Source: a virus
DNA: 64,000 nt
IMG/VR virus record: IMGVR_UViG_3300047319_001031
Span: 4,754 to 68,753 of that record
Direction: 5' to 3' (one strand)
Position numbers and translations under genes: made by a program. Below the pieces are notes generated by a model that had not been told where the DNA came from, did no database searches, and worked only from the letters and a program-made list of their open reading frames with translations. This document shows, in pieces, positions 18,116 to 28,689 of the stretch. Numbering within the stretch: position 1 is the stretch's first letter; every line of letters begins with the position of its first letter.

Positions 18116-20128
18116 GTGGCAATAAGAAAATTCTATCTTGACGAATTTGTAGCATCGCCTACTCAGTTTCCTCGGGCGTTTGAGGGAAGTGTTCCGGCAG
18201 ATTCGCCAGTCTCCCCTAATACCAGTGGCGCGTTGTTCTGGGGTGCCCCCACAAGTCAAACCGGTTATGGGCAAGGTTTTCATACTGGTGGGAATGATCC
18301 ACTAGCTGCAACGGTAAAACCGTCGACGGCTGTTCCTGATAGCACCCGGGGCGATTCTTACAGGTTGGATGGACCGATTACCGGTGTGTTTGCTGCCGGT
18401 ACGTGGACGCTCAGCTACAGATTTATTTTTACAGGGACAACTGCAGGCAATGTTGGATTCGCAGTGTCTGTCCGAGTATTCCGGTCATCCAATGCAGATG
18501 GATCGGGGGCTACCGAAATAACGTCGGGGGTTTTAGCTGGCAGTTCTGCAACGCTTACAAGTGTGTATACGCAGGTGACGTCTTCCATTGCGTGGAGCGC
18601 GCCAGCGCTTACACTTGTTAACGAATACCTGTTTTTCAAAACTGCGATACAAGTAACATCCCCGAGTGCCACCGGGCGGGGGCCACAGACGGCTGTTGGC
18701 AGCAACGCATTCATTACCACAACGAATTTTAGTGCTGACCAATCAGTCACTGTGCTCGGTGTTGTTGGCACGGCGCTCCTTGGTACTGCTGGCGCGGTCA
18801 TCGGTGTAGGTGCTGTTCCCAATGTTGTTGCTCCCGCAGTTACTTCAGTCGGCACCCCCGGTATCGAGGTCTTCTACGCGCAGGACACCGGCAATCCTGC
18901 GTACGGACGCAACGTACCGTTCATTGGCATCGCACCGAGCAATCTGGTTAACGTCGGTGTTAATGGTGTGGTTGGTGCAGGTGCTGTTGGACGAGTTAGT
19001 GCGGGCATTGAGGGTGGTGCATTCGAACCTGCTGCGTTTCAGAATGATGCATTTCAGGTCGTGCTGCCGGGCACTAACGTTCCGGTTACAGGCGTCTACG
19101 GCACTGCGCTGCTGAACCCCAACGTCGGTCTTGCGGGCGGATACAGGGTCGTCTCGGTTAGCGGCGTGCTGGCGAGCGCGTTCGTTAACAACAGTCCGCC
19201 AATTCTTGGCGGTATACAGATCGGCATCGGTGCGCCGGTCACGGGCGTGTTTGGTACTGGTCAGGTCGGCATCGTCAATGCGTCGGCCGCGCTGATCGCA
19301 CCCAGTGTTGTTGCATACGGCATCGTCGGCACGGTCCTGATTCAGTCGGATCTTAGCTTCACGCTGCCGCGCGGGCTTTACGATCTGCGTCCGATGCGCG
19401 GTCGACTCGGGCGCATCAGTTTGCAGACAGGAGCGAACCCGACACTCACCGGGCTGCAAGCGACTGGCATGGTGGGCAACGTGGTGTACGAGTCGAGCGT
19501 GAGCCCTGCCGGATTGCAAGTGGTCGGCCTACTGGGCGGTGTCTCGACGCGCACGGATTTCGGTGTCATTCCTGCCGGGTTGCAGGCGGTCGGTGTGCTC
19601 GGGCAGCTGGTCTACAAGAACAGCTACGCGATCGCAGGCGTGCGTGGCACAGGCGCGGTGGGTGTGCCCACAGTGAACATTCCCGCGCGAGTCAGTGAGA
19701 CCGGTGTCGCTGCGGCAGGTGGCGTTGGCGTGGTGGGTTTCCGTGTCGACTGCAATGTGTCAGTCGCCGGGCTGCAGGCTGTGATGGCGCTGGGGACCAC
19801 GAGCATCCGGGTGAATCCGAGCGTGGCGGTTGCCGGGCTGGCGTCGATCGGACAGGTGGGCAGCACGGTCGAGGAATCCGCCTATGCGGTGCTGGGCGTG
19901 CGGGGGAAGGGGCATGTCGGTGTGCCATCTCCTACCTACGCCGTGGACTTCCGCCATGGTGTGCAGGGCACGGGACAGGTAGGTGCGGTTACCATTCGAA
20001 ACGACTACACTATGTTCCCAACGGGTGTATACGGTATTGGCATCGTTGGTGTACCAGAATATCCGCACCTTATATCGCCCGCGGATACTGACAAGATGAT
20101 CTACACTCGCGCACCACAGCCGAGGTAG
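18116..20128 (+). CDS. tail protein with Val/Gly-rich repeats
   Basis: Recurrent G(V/L).(G/A).G.VG units. Confidence 0.7.
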   Translation: MAIRKFYLDEFVASPTQFPRAFEGSVPADSPVSPNTSGALFWGAPTSQTGYGQGFHTGGNDPLAATVKPSTAVPDSTRGDSYRLDGPITGVFAAGTWTLSYRFIFTGTTAGNVGFAVSVRVFRSSNADGSGATEITSGVLAGSSATLTSVYTQVTSSIAWSAPALTLVNEYLFFKTAIQVTSPSATGRGPQTAVGSNAFITTTNFSADQSVTVLGVVGTALLGTAGAVIGVGAVPNVVAPAVTSVGTPGIEVFYAQDTGNPAYGRNVPFIGIAPSNLVNVGVNGVVGAGAVGRVSAGIEGGAFEPAAFQNDAFQVVLPGTNVPVTGVYGTALLNPNVGLAGGYRVVSVSGVLASAFVNNSPPILGGIQIGIGAPVTGVFGTGQVGIVNASAALIAPSVVAYGIVGTVLIQSDLSFTLPRGLYDLRPMRGRLGRISLQTGANPTLTGLQATGMVGNVVYESSVSPAGLQVVGLLGGVSTRTDFGVIPAGLQAVGVLGQLVYKNSYAIAGVRGTGAVGVPTVNIPARVSETGVAAAGGVGVVGFRVDCNVSVAGLQAVMALGTTSIRVNPSVAVAGLASIGQVGSTVEESAYAVLGVRGKGHVGVPSPTYAVDFRHGVQGTGQVGAVTIRNDYTMFPTGVYGIGIVGVPEYPHLISPADTDKMIYTRAPQPR

Positions 20129-20130
20129 TA

Positions 20131-20337
20131 ATGATCGATTCCAACTTCGTCTATACACGTCCCACCGTCGAGCGAATTGTTGTGCGGCCCGGGCGGGTAA
20201 TGGTGGTGACGCGCTACCAGCTGACGCGGATCGATGTGCGCACCGGGCAGCCGGATCTCACGGTCCGCAGCATGGTCGAGACGATCAACATTCGCCTGCG
20301 TCCTGATGACATCTGGGTTCGCGATGCCACGCCATAA
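20131..20337 (+). CDS. hypothetical protein
   Basis: GAGG RBS. Confidence 0.5.
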   Translation: MIDSNFVYTRPTVERIVVRPGRVMVVTRYQLTRIDVRTGQPDLTVRSMVETINIRLRPDDIWVRDATP

Positions 20338-21628
20338 ACCCCTTGCGGAAGAGGTCAAGTTCGCGGCGGATTTTGCCGGGCTGGTTAACACCAAGCGCAT
20401 CAAGGATTTCGGTCAGAAGGCGCTGACGATCGGCACCAATATCGAGATCACCGACACCAAGAAGATCGTTCGTCGCAACGGCTACATCCTGAAGGCGACC
20501 GGCGCGTACACCGCGATTTATGGCACTGATGCGCAGACGAAGAAGTATGCAGTTAAGGCAGGCACCCTGATCGACATCGATCACAAGGGTGTCGAGACTG
20601 TGCTGGCGTCAGGGCTTCTCGGCAGCATCTTCACGTGGGATGAGGACCCGAACAACAACGTGTACTTCTGCAGTGAGCAGGGCAGCTCGGGCATCATCAC
20701 CAACGACGGTGCCTTCCTGCCGCTCTCGCTGCCAGTTCCAGTGATTACTAGTGCCGGTGTGCTCGATCCGGGCACATGGGAGTACCGGCCGTTTCAGCTG
20801 GGCAAGAAGTACAGCGACAGCTCACGCGTACGCATGCAGATCATGGCGACGTACCTGATGGCTGATGGCCGCGAGACGGCACCGTCTGCAACGATCGAAG
20901 TTGCGATCGCACCCGAGATCCGAATGATCCGGGTCATCGTACCCACAGGTGGTGTTGCTACGCGGGTGTATGCCACGGCTCCCGGAGGATCGTCGTATTA
21001 CCTCGTGGCGATCAGCACCAACGCGACGATCACTATGCTGGTGCAGAACATGAACTGGATGGTGTCCGGGGAAAAGTATCCGTACTCCTCAGCGCTGGAA
21101 AGTTTTCCGCCTGATGCGCGGATGCTCTGCCATACGCACGATGGCCGGCTCATGGCCGCGGTGTTCGATCCGCTTGCGGACATGGGAGCGATCTACATCT
21201 CGCTGCCGCTGCAGTATCACCTGTTCAACAAGAGCAGAGATTTTGTCAGCGTGTCGAGCTGTCCGCTGCTGCTTCTGCCGCACGCCAACGGCGTCATCAT
21301 CGGCACCAACACCAACATCTACAACTACGTGCCTTCCGCGCACCACAACGTGACCGGGGTGGCGAGCCCCGAGTCGCTGACGGAGATCGCCAATTACGGA
21401 GTCCCGCCCGGTGGCTGCGGCGACGTCGACAAGGATGGCACTCCGTACTTCTGGACTGCCCGCGGCATAGCCAAGGCGATGCCATTTGAGCTGGTCACCC
21501 AAGAGCACTTTTATGGTGACCCGGGTGTATACAATAGTGCAATGATCATATACGATAGGGGTTACGCTAAATTGGTAGCGTCGACTATCTCGGGGGCACC
21601 AACGTTTAACCAGTGGAGTGAGCGATGA
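20324..21628 (+). CDS. putative tail tubular/nozzle protein
   Basis: FAGLVN...NIEI....IVRRNGY start, beta-rich; ATG 20324 preferred over the track start. Confidence 0.55.
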   Translation: MPRHKPLAEEVKFAADFAGLVNTKRIKDFGQKALTIGTNIEITDTKKIVRRNGYILKATGAYTAIYGTDAQTKKYAVKAGTLIDIDHKGVETVLASGLLGSIFTWDEDPNNNVYFCSEQGSSGIITNDGAFLPLSLPVPVITSAGVLDPGTWEYRPFQLGKKYSDSSRVRMQIMATYLMADGRETAPSATIEVAIAPEIRMIRVIVPTGGVATRVYATAPGGSSYYLVAISTNATITMLVQNMNWMVSGEKYPYSSALESFPPDARMLCHTHDGRLMAAVFDPLADMGAIYISLPLQYHLFNKSRDFVSVSSCPLLLLPHANGVIIGTNTNIYNYVPSAHHNVTGVASPESLTEIANYGVPPGGCGDVDKDGTPYFWTARGIAKAMPFELVTQEHFYGDPGVYNSAMIIYDRGYAKLVASTISGAPTFNQWSER

Positions 21629-22080
21629 CCGTCCGCATTAGCACAGGCATGCGCAATTCGGTTCTGAACGGTGGTGCCAACAATGGCATCGGTGCGGCAC
21701 TCCGTCTCGGGTTTCTCTACCTCTACGATGGCACCCAGCCGGCGTCAGCCGATACCGGCGCCACCGGCACGCTGCTCGGTAAGGTCACGATCAACAACGA
21801 CGGTGTGACTGGTCTGACGTTCGATCCCGCCGCCAATGGCGTGATGCACAAAGCCGCGGCCGAGAACTGGCAGTTCCACGGACTAGCTGCTGGCAACGTC
21901 GGTTGGTTCCGGTTCTGCGAAGCTACGGACGTACCCGGCAACACCTCAAGCACCACCAAGCGAGTCGACGGACTGGTGGGCACTGCTGGTGCGGATGCCA
22001 ACATCTCCAACACGGCGATCGTCGCGGGTGCGATCAGCACGGTCGATGACTGGTCGTTCACGATGCCGCCGAGTCTGTAA
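21625..22080 (+). CDS. virion structural protein (paralog 1)
   Basis: STGMRN...YDGTQPASAD...GWFRF. Confidence 0.75.
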   Translation: MTVRISTGMRNSVLNGGANNGIGAALRLGFLYLYDGTQPASADTGATGTLLGKVTINNDGVTGLTFDPAANGVMHKAAAENWQFHGLAAGNVGWFRFCEATDVPGNTSSTTKRVDGLVGTAGADANISNTAIVAGAISTVDDWSFTMPPSL

Positions 22081-22535
22081 TGTCGCTGCAACTGTCGACC
22101 GGGTTGCGCAACAAGATGCTGGATACGGCGCCACTGCGCACGATCCTCAATCTCGGCTTTCTCTCGATCTACAGCAATGCGGGCGCGCTGCCGCCCACCG
22201 CAGATGCGGCGCTGGTCGGTGGCACGCATGTGCTGCTCTGCCGGATCTCGAATAACAACACCACGACCGGTCTGACGTTGGCTGCTGCGGCAGCGAACGG
22301 CGTGATCACCAAGAATCTTGCCGAAGTGTGGAGCAAGGCCGCGGTGGCTTCGGGGCTCGCTGCGTTCTGGCGCTTCGAAGCAGTGGGGGATACCGGAGTG
22401 CTGTCAGCTGTGGAAGCGCGGTTGCAGGGACTGTGCGGGCTCGCCGGATTCGAGCTGGATGCGCCAAGCCTGAATCTCACGGCGGGTGTGGTGTATCCGG
22501 TGAGCAACTGGTCTTTCGCCCTGCCGACACTGTGA
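22080..22535 (+). CDS. virion structural protein (paralog 2)
   Basis: STGLRN...PPTADAA...AFWRF. Confidence 0.75.
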   Translation: MSLQLSTGLRNKMLDTAPLRTILNLGFLSIYSNAGALPPTADAALVGGTHVLLCRISNNNTTTGLTLAAAAANGVITKNLAEVWSKAAVASGLAAFWRFEAVGDTGVLSAVEARLQGLCGLAGFELDAPSLNLTAGVVYPVSNWSFALPTL

Positions 22536-22539
22536 TGCC

Positions 22540-25494
22540 GTGCTGCATCTGCACCGTCGTCTCTCCGACGCCAGCCTAGCGCCTTACTTCGGTCAGTATT
22601 TCCAGCGGCTGCGTGCGCTCCATAAGCAGGGCGTGCGCTGGTTCAATGAGGTGTTCGTCGGTCGGCACCACACCGCGCACCTTTCCATCAAGCAGGACAA
22701 TCTGCACGTCGGGCTCGAAGCACGCGACGTAGCAACGTTCGAGTTTTTCACCACCGGCAATCCGATCGTTGCGAGTAAGAACGCCTGTATTGCTGTCACT
22801 GCAACGGTTCAACACAACACCGTTTCGCTTAGTTCCCAGATCCGTACCGGCGCTCGCGGTGCGCATGGGCAAGAGATTTCTCTGGTCGAGCGTCCGTTTC
22901 AGGTGCAGCTCATTGACGAGCCGGTGCACGAGCTGCCGCCCGTTTCATTCATTCTGAATCGACCGAAGTATTTCTACACCATCTACGAAACGTGGGCGCC
23001 GATGCACTCGCATACAGGCGTCCATCTGACGAGCTACAACCATGGCAAGTTCACCACCAGTCTCGTTCGTACGAATCAGAATCCTTCCACCGAGAGCATC
23101 GGTGGCACGTTGGCCGGTATCCATGGCGCTTACAGTGCGCACGCAACGCGTGATGTTCAAGTCGATCAGTGGTGGCAGGAAGGATTCAAAGGGCGACCCG
23201 TCGATGGCGCAGTGCTGACGGATGAGACGGCGGTGCCACCCGCAGACTGGCCTCGTGCGAGCGGGCTGCAGGTGGTGAAGGATGACGTCTGGGGTACGCG
23301 CGAGTTCGCGATCTACATCGATGCCTATTCGCAGGTGTCGGTGTTCCCTACATCGCAGATCGTTGGTGTGCCGGATGCTGCACTTGATCAGAACGTCAAT
23401 CCGTTTTATGTGCGGACGGTGCGCGCTGCGTTACCGAGCTGGGTCTACCAGATGAGCCAGCGCTTCAAGGACTGGTACGCGGCGCATGGCACGGCGGGGC
23501 TCACCGATTTTCCCGAGAACGATTGGAAGATCCATCCGCTTGGCACTAAGGCGTGCGCGGTTGTATACAAGCGGCAAGCAGTCGTCTTCGATGCGGCGTT
23601 CTGGGACAACGGCACGCCCGGTGGCTCGATGACCGCGGGGGACTTTGGCGATTATTACCAGAACTACACCGGCTACGGACACCGACACGATTCGAATGTC
23701 GTCGGCACAAGCGGGCCGCGTTACATCAGCGCGCCGGGGCTGCTGGAGATGGGCATTACCATCCAACTTACGGGTCCGGGTGACGAAGACTATTCACTCA
23801 GCACCACGATGACTGTTCTTCGTGATCCGGAGCTGACGAATTTCTGCACGCTCTTCGCTGGTTACGTGTGGCACGACATGCCGGATGGCAGCGCCAAGGC
23901 AGGTGACTTGTGCGTGTGGGACATCGAGCGCTACTACCGCACGCCAACGGACGAGCTGCTAGGCGCCGTTGGCAATCCGCAGGTTGTTCTGAATAACTTG
24001 CAGGATCACGAGCGGTATTGGGATGCAGGGATTCAGCAGTGGTCTGTCTTCACTGGGCCACCGCCCTTTTTGCAGCTAAACCAGCGGTGGCAGAACGGCT
24101 ACAACATTACTACGCAAGGCATTACCTATCTTGATTCGCGCCGTACGCTGTATTCGCTGAAGAATCTGACACAAGGTACGGAGCTTAAGACTTTTCCCGC
24201 ACCACCATCTGGAGTGTTCGCTCCTGAAGTGCATCCAGATTTTACCGTGCATCAAAGAATTTCTGGAGTGGATTACGACTTCGTTGTTAAAAATCTGCTG
24301 GTCACACCATGGTCGGCGCGTGCGCAGTTCGTCAAGGTCGACATGGCCACGCTGTCCTTCGTGCTCAATTTCAAAGTGGGCACAGTGCAGATTCGGGATG
24401 TCACCGACACTACTGCAGTGCCGCCGCAAGTTCTCAATTACAACTGGTTCACTTATCACCCGGGCACCGCGGTGTACACGTTCAACACGTTCCGCGAGGG
24501 CTTCTTTCCCAACACGTTGCCGCAGGTGCAACAGGATGATCTGCTGCACACCATGCAGAGCGACTTCCGCGCGGTGTACGTTTCCGGTGACTGGACACTG
24601 CTGGGCTTAGGTGCGGGGCCACCGGGCAAGTCGAATACGGCCGACTGGACGGACAACGAGCTGGGCGTGCTGCGCTACTACATTATTTCTCACAGTCTTG
24701 GCTCAGGGGAAGGTGCGGCATTTAACGGCATCGATGTGCTGGGCCAACGCCCGCCGCTCAACACGATGCCAATTCCTTGGTATCCCGCCGATCTTGCTTA
24801 TTGGTATGGCGCGATCGAGACCTATAGTAAGGCGATCGGCCTGACGCTGATCAACAACCCACGCTTTCACTGGTACATGTATTCCGATCTGATTATGAAT
24901 GCGCTGGCGTGGACGCCATGGTCGACATTCTTCGTGCATCCGAACGGCACGTGGGCGCTGTTCGATCAGTCGCAGGTGTACAACCCGAACGGTGTGCACA
25001 TGGTGGGCGATGTTTATTACAACAGCATCTACTACCTTAACCTTGCTGCAACGTGTGACTACTCGCTGCTGGAGCATTGCATCTACGATCGCGTGCATCT
25101 GGAATTCAAGCTGGCCAACAGCAAGTACAGCGCGGACACGACGTTCAGGGATCTCTACAACGATGCGGTGCGGCGGGCGATTGACGACAACATCATTCCG
25201 AAAGACGAGGTGTTCAAGCCGATCGCGCCGGTCGATCTCAAGGCTACGTTCAGTAAGCTGCCCGACGCGGCCAATCCGTCCGGGGGGATTTACATACAGG
25301 CAGTGTGGGAGGGGCACACCTACGTGTTCCACGAGGACTCGGTGTCCCGGGGCGGCACCGGTTTCTATGACCATTATGGCGGCAACAGTGGTAGTATCGA
25401 CCTGTCTTTAGACTACCTCTTTGCGGGTGTATCGCCACAGGCCAACGCGCAGCACAAAACCTTCTCGTCCTGCCTCTTGGTCGAGACTGATTAG
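22540..25494 (+). CDS. large tail-module protein, function unknown
   Basis: 984 aa, aromatic/beta-rich. Confidence 0.75.
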   Translation: MLHLHRRLSDASLAPYFGQYFQRLRALHKQGVRWFNEVFVGRHHTAHLSIKQDNLHVGLEARDVATFEFFTTGNPIVASKNACIAVTATVQHNTVSLSSQIRTGARGAHGQEISLVERPFQVQLIDEPVHELPPVSFILNRPKYFYTIYETWAPMHSHTGVHLTSYNHGKFTTSLVRTNQNPSTESIGGTLAGIHGAYSAHATRDVQVDQWWQEGFKGRPVDGAVLTDETAVPPADWPRASGLQVVKDDVWGTREFAIYIDAYSQVSVFPTSQIVGVPDAALDQNVNPFYVRTVRAALPSWVYQMSQRFKDWYAAHGTAGLTDFPENDWKIHPLGTKACAVVYKRQAVVFDAAFWDNGTPGGSMTAGDFGDYYQNYTGYGHRHDSNVVGTSGPRYISAPGLLEMGITIQLTGPGDEDYSLSTTMTVLRDPELTNFCTLFAGYVWHDMPDGSAKAGDLCVWDIERYYRTPTDELLGAVGNPQVVLNNLQDHERYWDAGIQQWSVFTGPPPFLQLNQRWQNGYNITTQGITYLDSRRTLYSLKNLTQGTELKTFPAPPSGVFAPEVHPDFTVHQRISGVDYDFVVKNLLVTPWSARAQFVKVDMATLSFVLNFKVGTVQIRDVTDTTAVPPQVLNYNWFTYHPGTAVYTFNTFREGFFPNTLPQVQQDDLLHTMQSDFRAVYVSGDWTLLGLGAGPPGKSNTADWTDNELGVLRYYIISHSLGSGEGAAFNGIDVLGQRPPLNTMPIPWYPADLAYWYGAIETYSKAIGLTLINNPRFHWYMYSDLIMNALAWTPWSTFFVHPNGTWALFDQSQVYNPNGVHMVGDVYYNSIYYLNLAATCDYSLLEHCIYDRVHLEFKLANSKYSADTTFRDLYNDAVRRAIDDNIIPKDEVFKPIAPVDLKATFSKLPDAANPSGGIYIQAVWEGHTYVFHEDSVSRGGTGFYDHYGGNSGSIDLSLDYLFAGVSPQANAQHKTFSSCLLVETD

Positions 25495-25502
25495 GACTGA
25501 CG

Positions 25503-26657
25503 ATGGATAGCACACTCGTCGCACTTTACCCCGTGGTCACCGGCACCATCGGGGCAGCTATCCCGGCTTTCCGCAGTGGTCAGACGCTGGCCATGCAGTA
25601 CCCGGTGGTGCAGTCGGAGGTGTACAACCGGCTGACCGGGGATGTGACCCTGCCGCCGCTGGTCTGCGACGACACCAACCGGATCACCCAGAACGCGGTC
25701 ATGGAAGGCACGATGAGCCTTCCGATCGAGCTTCTGGTCACCATGGCGCTGGGCTCCCGGGTCTCGATCGATTTGCCGCCCATTGGGCTCTCCGGGCAGA
25801 TCACCAACCCGATCGTCCTGCGGGGCCATATCGGGCTCCCAGCGCTCGCCAGTGGCGGGCAGATCACCACGACAGGGCTGATGGAGGGCGCGGTCACCTT
25901 GCCCGTTCTGACGGTCTCCATGGCGGTCGGCTGGCGGTTCTCGCCCAAGGTCCTGCCCGCGCTGAGCAGCACCGGCCACTTCTATCAGGCGCTGGCCTTC
26001 GGCAGCGGGGCTGAAGCCGGGGGTGCGATCGTCCTTCCGGCGCTCCGGGCGTCCGGGTCATGGCACCAGACGCAGGGGGTCCTCACTGGCCACATCATGT
26101 TGCCAGCACTGGCCGGCGCCGGGACGTCGATCTACGACGCCGATGTCGTCCTGCCGCCGCTGCGCGCTTCGGCCCAGATCCTGAACGGGACGGTCGCCAC
26201 CTCGCGGGCATGGGCGATGAACCTGTCGAATAAGGCGGTCACCCAGTTTCTCAATTACCCTTTCCGGCAGATGGCCTACGCCTTTAACGAATACTCGGCG
26301 GTGGGCTTCGACGGCAATCTGTACGACTTCGGTGGTGACGAGGATGCAGGAGTCAAGATTAATTGGCAGTGGCGTACCGGCATTAGCGATCTCAATACGC
26401 GTGGGTTGAAGGGTGTGCTCGGTTACTACATCGACGGCATCATCGAATCGAAGATCACCGTTGATCTTGTGCTCGACACCGGAGTGTTCGTCTATCGGCA
26501 CGATCCGCGTGGCGTGCCGAACGATTACAAGACGCACCGTATTCCCACCGGTCGCGGCTTGCGCAGCTCGAATGTCGGCATCGGCGCGGCCGGCACCTGT
26601 TACATCGCGATCGACTCGGTCACACCTGACTACGTCGTATCCAACCGGAACCTCTGA
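25503..26657 (+). CDS. tail-module protein with LPxL repeats
   Basis: Repeated LP(A/P)L; WAMNL.N.AVTQF.NYPF. Confidence 0.7.
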   Translation: MDSTLVALYPVVTGTIGAAIPAFRSGQTLAMQYPVVQSEVYNRLTGDVTLPPLVCDDTNRITQNAVMEGTMSLPIELLVTMALGSRVSIDLPPIGLSGQITNPIVLRGHIGLPALASGGQITTTGLMEGAVTLPVLTVSMAVGWRFSPKVLPALSSTGHFYQALAFGSGAEAGGAIVLPALRASGSWHQTQGVLTGHIMLPALAGAGTSIYDADVVLPPLRASAQILNGTVATSRAWAMNLSNKAVTQFLNYPFRQMAYAFNEYSAVGFDGNLYDFGGDEDAGVKINWQWRTGISDLNTRGLKGVLGYYIDGIIESKITVDLVLDTGVFVYRHDPRGVPNDYKTHRIPTGRGLRSSNVGIGAAGTCYIAIDSVTPDYVVSNRNL

Positions 26658-26659
26658 CC

Positions 26660-28594
26660 ATGGCCGACGACATCGCAGCAATCGAACGTATCTTCGCTAC
26701 CCAGACGCAGCTCGCGCAGGATCTGGTGAAGAGCGCGCAGAGCGACATCAACGCCACGTTCAAGGCATTGGCCAACTCGTCGATCTGGAACTACGCGCCG
26801 TATAAGTGGGAGTTGCCGAGCCAGCCTACCATTGGAACGTTTCCTGAACATGGGGGTCCGCAGCATCCGGCATCAGGTCAGCGCCCGGATAAGCCGACAC
26901 TGGTGGCGCTTGGTGTGAACGTGCCGAATCCGGAATTTGGTGAGGTACCGCAGGACTCGGCTGTTGCTCCGCAATTTCAACCAATCCCCCTGCCCGGTAA
27001 TCAACCATCGAACACAACAGGCAACCCGCCCACGGTGCACACGCCGACGTTTCCTAATCCGCCCACGCTGCTGCCGCTGCCACCGTACGCGCTGCCCTAT
27101 CCGTATCTCACCATTCCCCCGGCGCCGGTCTACGTGCCGCCTGTGTTCAATGGTGTTGCACCGGACGACATTCACACCATGACGGTGGAGGAATATCTGG
27201 CTCAGCTTACCAACAGCTACGACAAGTATTCGCAGCTGGTGCCGGGGCTGGTGCAGAACAATACCTTCGTCTGGTTTCGCGCGATGCTCCACGAGAATCC
27301 GAACATCCGCCTGCTCGACAATATGATCACCGCGTACACCACCAATGGTGGTGCTGGCATTCCGGTGCCGATCGAGGAGGGCATCATCACGCGCGCCGTC
27401 GATCGCGTGACAGCTGAGAATCGTCGGGCCAACGAGGAAGTGTGGGAGGGCGTCGCGCGCCGGGGTTTAACCCTTCCCAGTGGCGCGCTGATGTCCGGCT
27501 TGAAGGAAGCCCGACAGACCGCTGCGGAAGCCACGAGCAAAGTGATCGTCGATGTGTCGATCGAGAACCTTAAGCTCGAACACGATCACATGAAGTTCAT
27601 GCTGAATCTGGGCATGGAGCTGCAGAAGCTGTTGACTGGCTTCGCTACCGATACCGCGAAGATCGTGCTCGAATGCAATGCGCAGGCGATTGAGCTGACG
27701 AAGCTCGTGCTGACCGGCATGATCGAAGCGAACAACATGATGGTCCGCGTCTACCTTGCCAAGTGGGAGGGCTACAAGGCGGCGGTCGAAGTGTTCAAGG
27801 CGCAGTGGCAGGCGATCGAAGTTCAGACTCGCGTGTTCGAAGCGCAGATCCGGGCCGAGCTGGCCAAGACCGAAATCAACAAGGCAGTGGTCGCCGTGTT
27901 CGAGGCGGTCGTGCATGCCAATACGTCGGTGGTCATGCTGTACAAGGCCCAGATTGATGCGGAGACGGCGAAGCTCGAAGCCGATCGCGTCGCGATCCTT
28001 GGCTACGAAGCGTCGGTGCGAGCTTACATTGCGACGCTGGAAGGATGGAAGACGCAGTGGGATGGTTATCGGTCGCAGATCGAGGGCCAGCTCGCGCAAG
28101 CCAAGGTGTACGAATCGCAGGAGATGGGCTACCGGGCCAAGGTTGAAGGCTTTGCTGCGGGGGTGAATGCATACAAGGCGCAGGTGGAGGGTTACACCGC
28201 GCAGATCGAGGCGATCGCCAAGCAGAACGAAGAGAATCTGAAGGCGTACTCCATCGAGCTGGATGGGGTGTTGAAGGCGTACGCGGAGGACATTGCGGCC
28301 TACACTGCGGAGTGGGGTGCGATCGAGCAGCAAGCGAAAATTGGTGCCACGATCACCGGCATCCAGTCCGAATTCCTGACCCGCATGTACACACAGCAGA
28401 TGCAGATCGAGATCGAGCGCTCACGCGAGCACCTGTCGCAGTGGGAAGCGCAGCTGCATGCCGCCATACAGGTAGCGGCGGGGATGAACGGTGCGGCAAA
28501 GACATCGACGGATCTGGCAGGGAGCATCCTGAACAGCCTGACCACCTTCTCCGGGCAGCTTTCCACGGCGCAGACAGCGACCCAAGCAAGCTGA
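26660..28594 (+). CDS. Pro-rich plus coiled-coil virion protein
   Basis: Y.A.VE heptad-like repeats. Confidence 0.75.
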   Translation: MADDIAAIERIFATQTQLAQDLVKSAQSDINATFKALANSSIWNYAPYKWELPSQPTIGTFPEHGGPQHPASGQRPDKPTLVALGVNVPNPEFGEVPQDSAVAPQFQPIPLPGNQPSNTTGNPPTVHTPTFPNPPTLLPLPPYALPYPYLTIPPAPVYVPPVFNGVAPDDIHTMTVEEYLAQLTNSYDKYSQLVPGLVQNNTFVWFRAMLHENPNIRLLDNMITAYTTNGGAGIPVPIEEGIITRAVDRVTAENRRANEEVWEGVARRGLTLPSGALMSGLKEARQTAAEATSKVIVDVSIENLKLEHDHMKFMLNLGMELQKLLTGFATDTAKIVLECNAQAIELTKLVLTGMIEANNMMVRVYLAKWEGYKAAVEVFKAQWQAIEVQTRVFEAQIRAELAKTEINKAVVAVFEAVVHANTSVVMLYKAQIDAETAKLEADRVAILGYEASVRAYIATLEGWKTQWDGYRSQIEGQLAQAKVYESQEMGYRAKVEGFAAGVNAYKAQVEGYTAQIEAIAKQNEENLKAYSIELDGVLKAYAEDIAAYTAEWGAIEQQAKIGATITGIQSEFLTRMYTQQMQIEIERSREHLSQWEAQLHAAIQVAAGMNGAAKTSTDLAGSILNSLTTFSGQLSTAQTATQAS

Positions 28595-28653
28595 TATAAT
28601 AGCCACTCCTCGGCTGCGAAGTTTCTCTCCTTTCTATCTTCGCAGCTTCTTCC

Positions 28654-28689
28654 AGCCCCCGCAGTCCATGTCTGTCGGGGGCTTTTTTT
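28654..28689 (+). terminator. Rho-independent terminator ending the late arm
   Basis: AGCCCCCGCAG-loop-CTGTCGGGGGC followed by T7. Confidence 0.8.
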
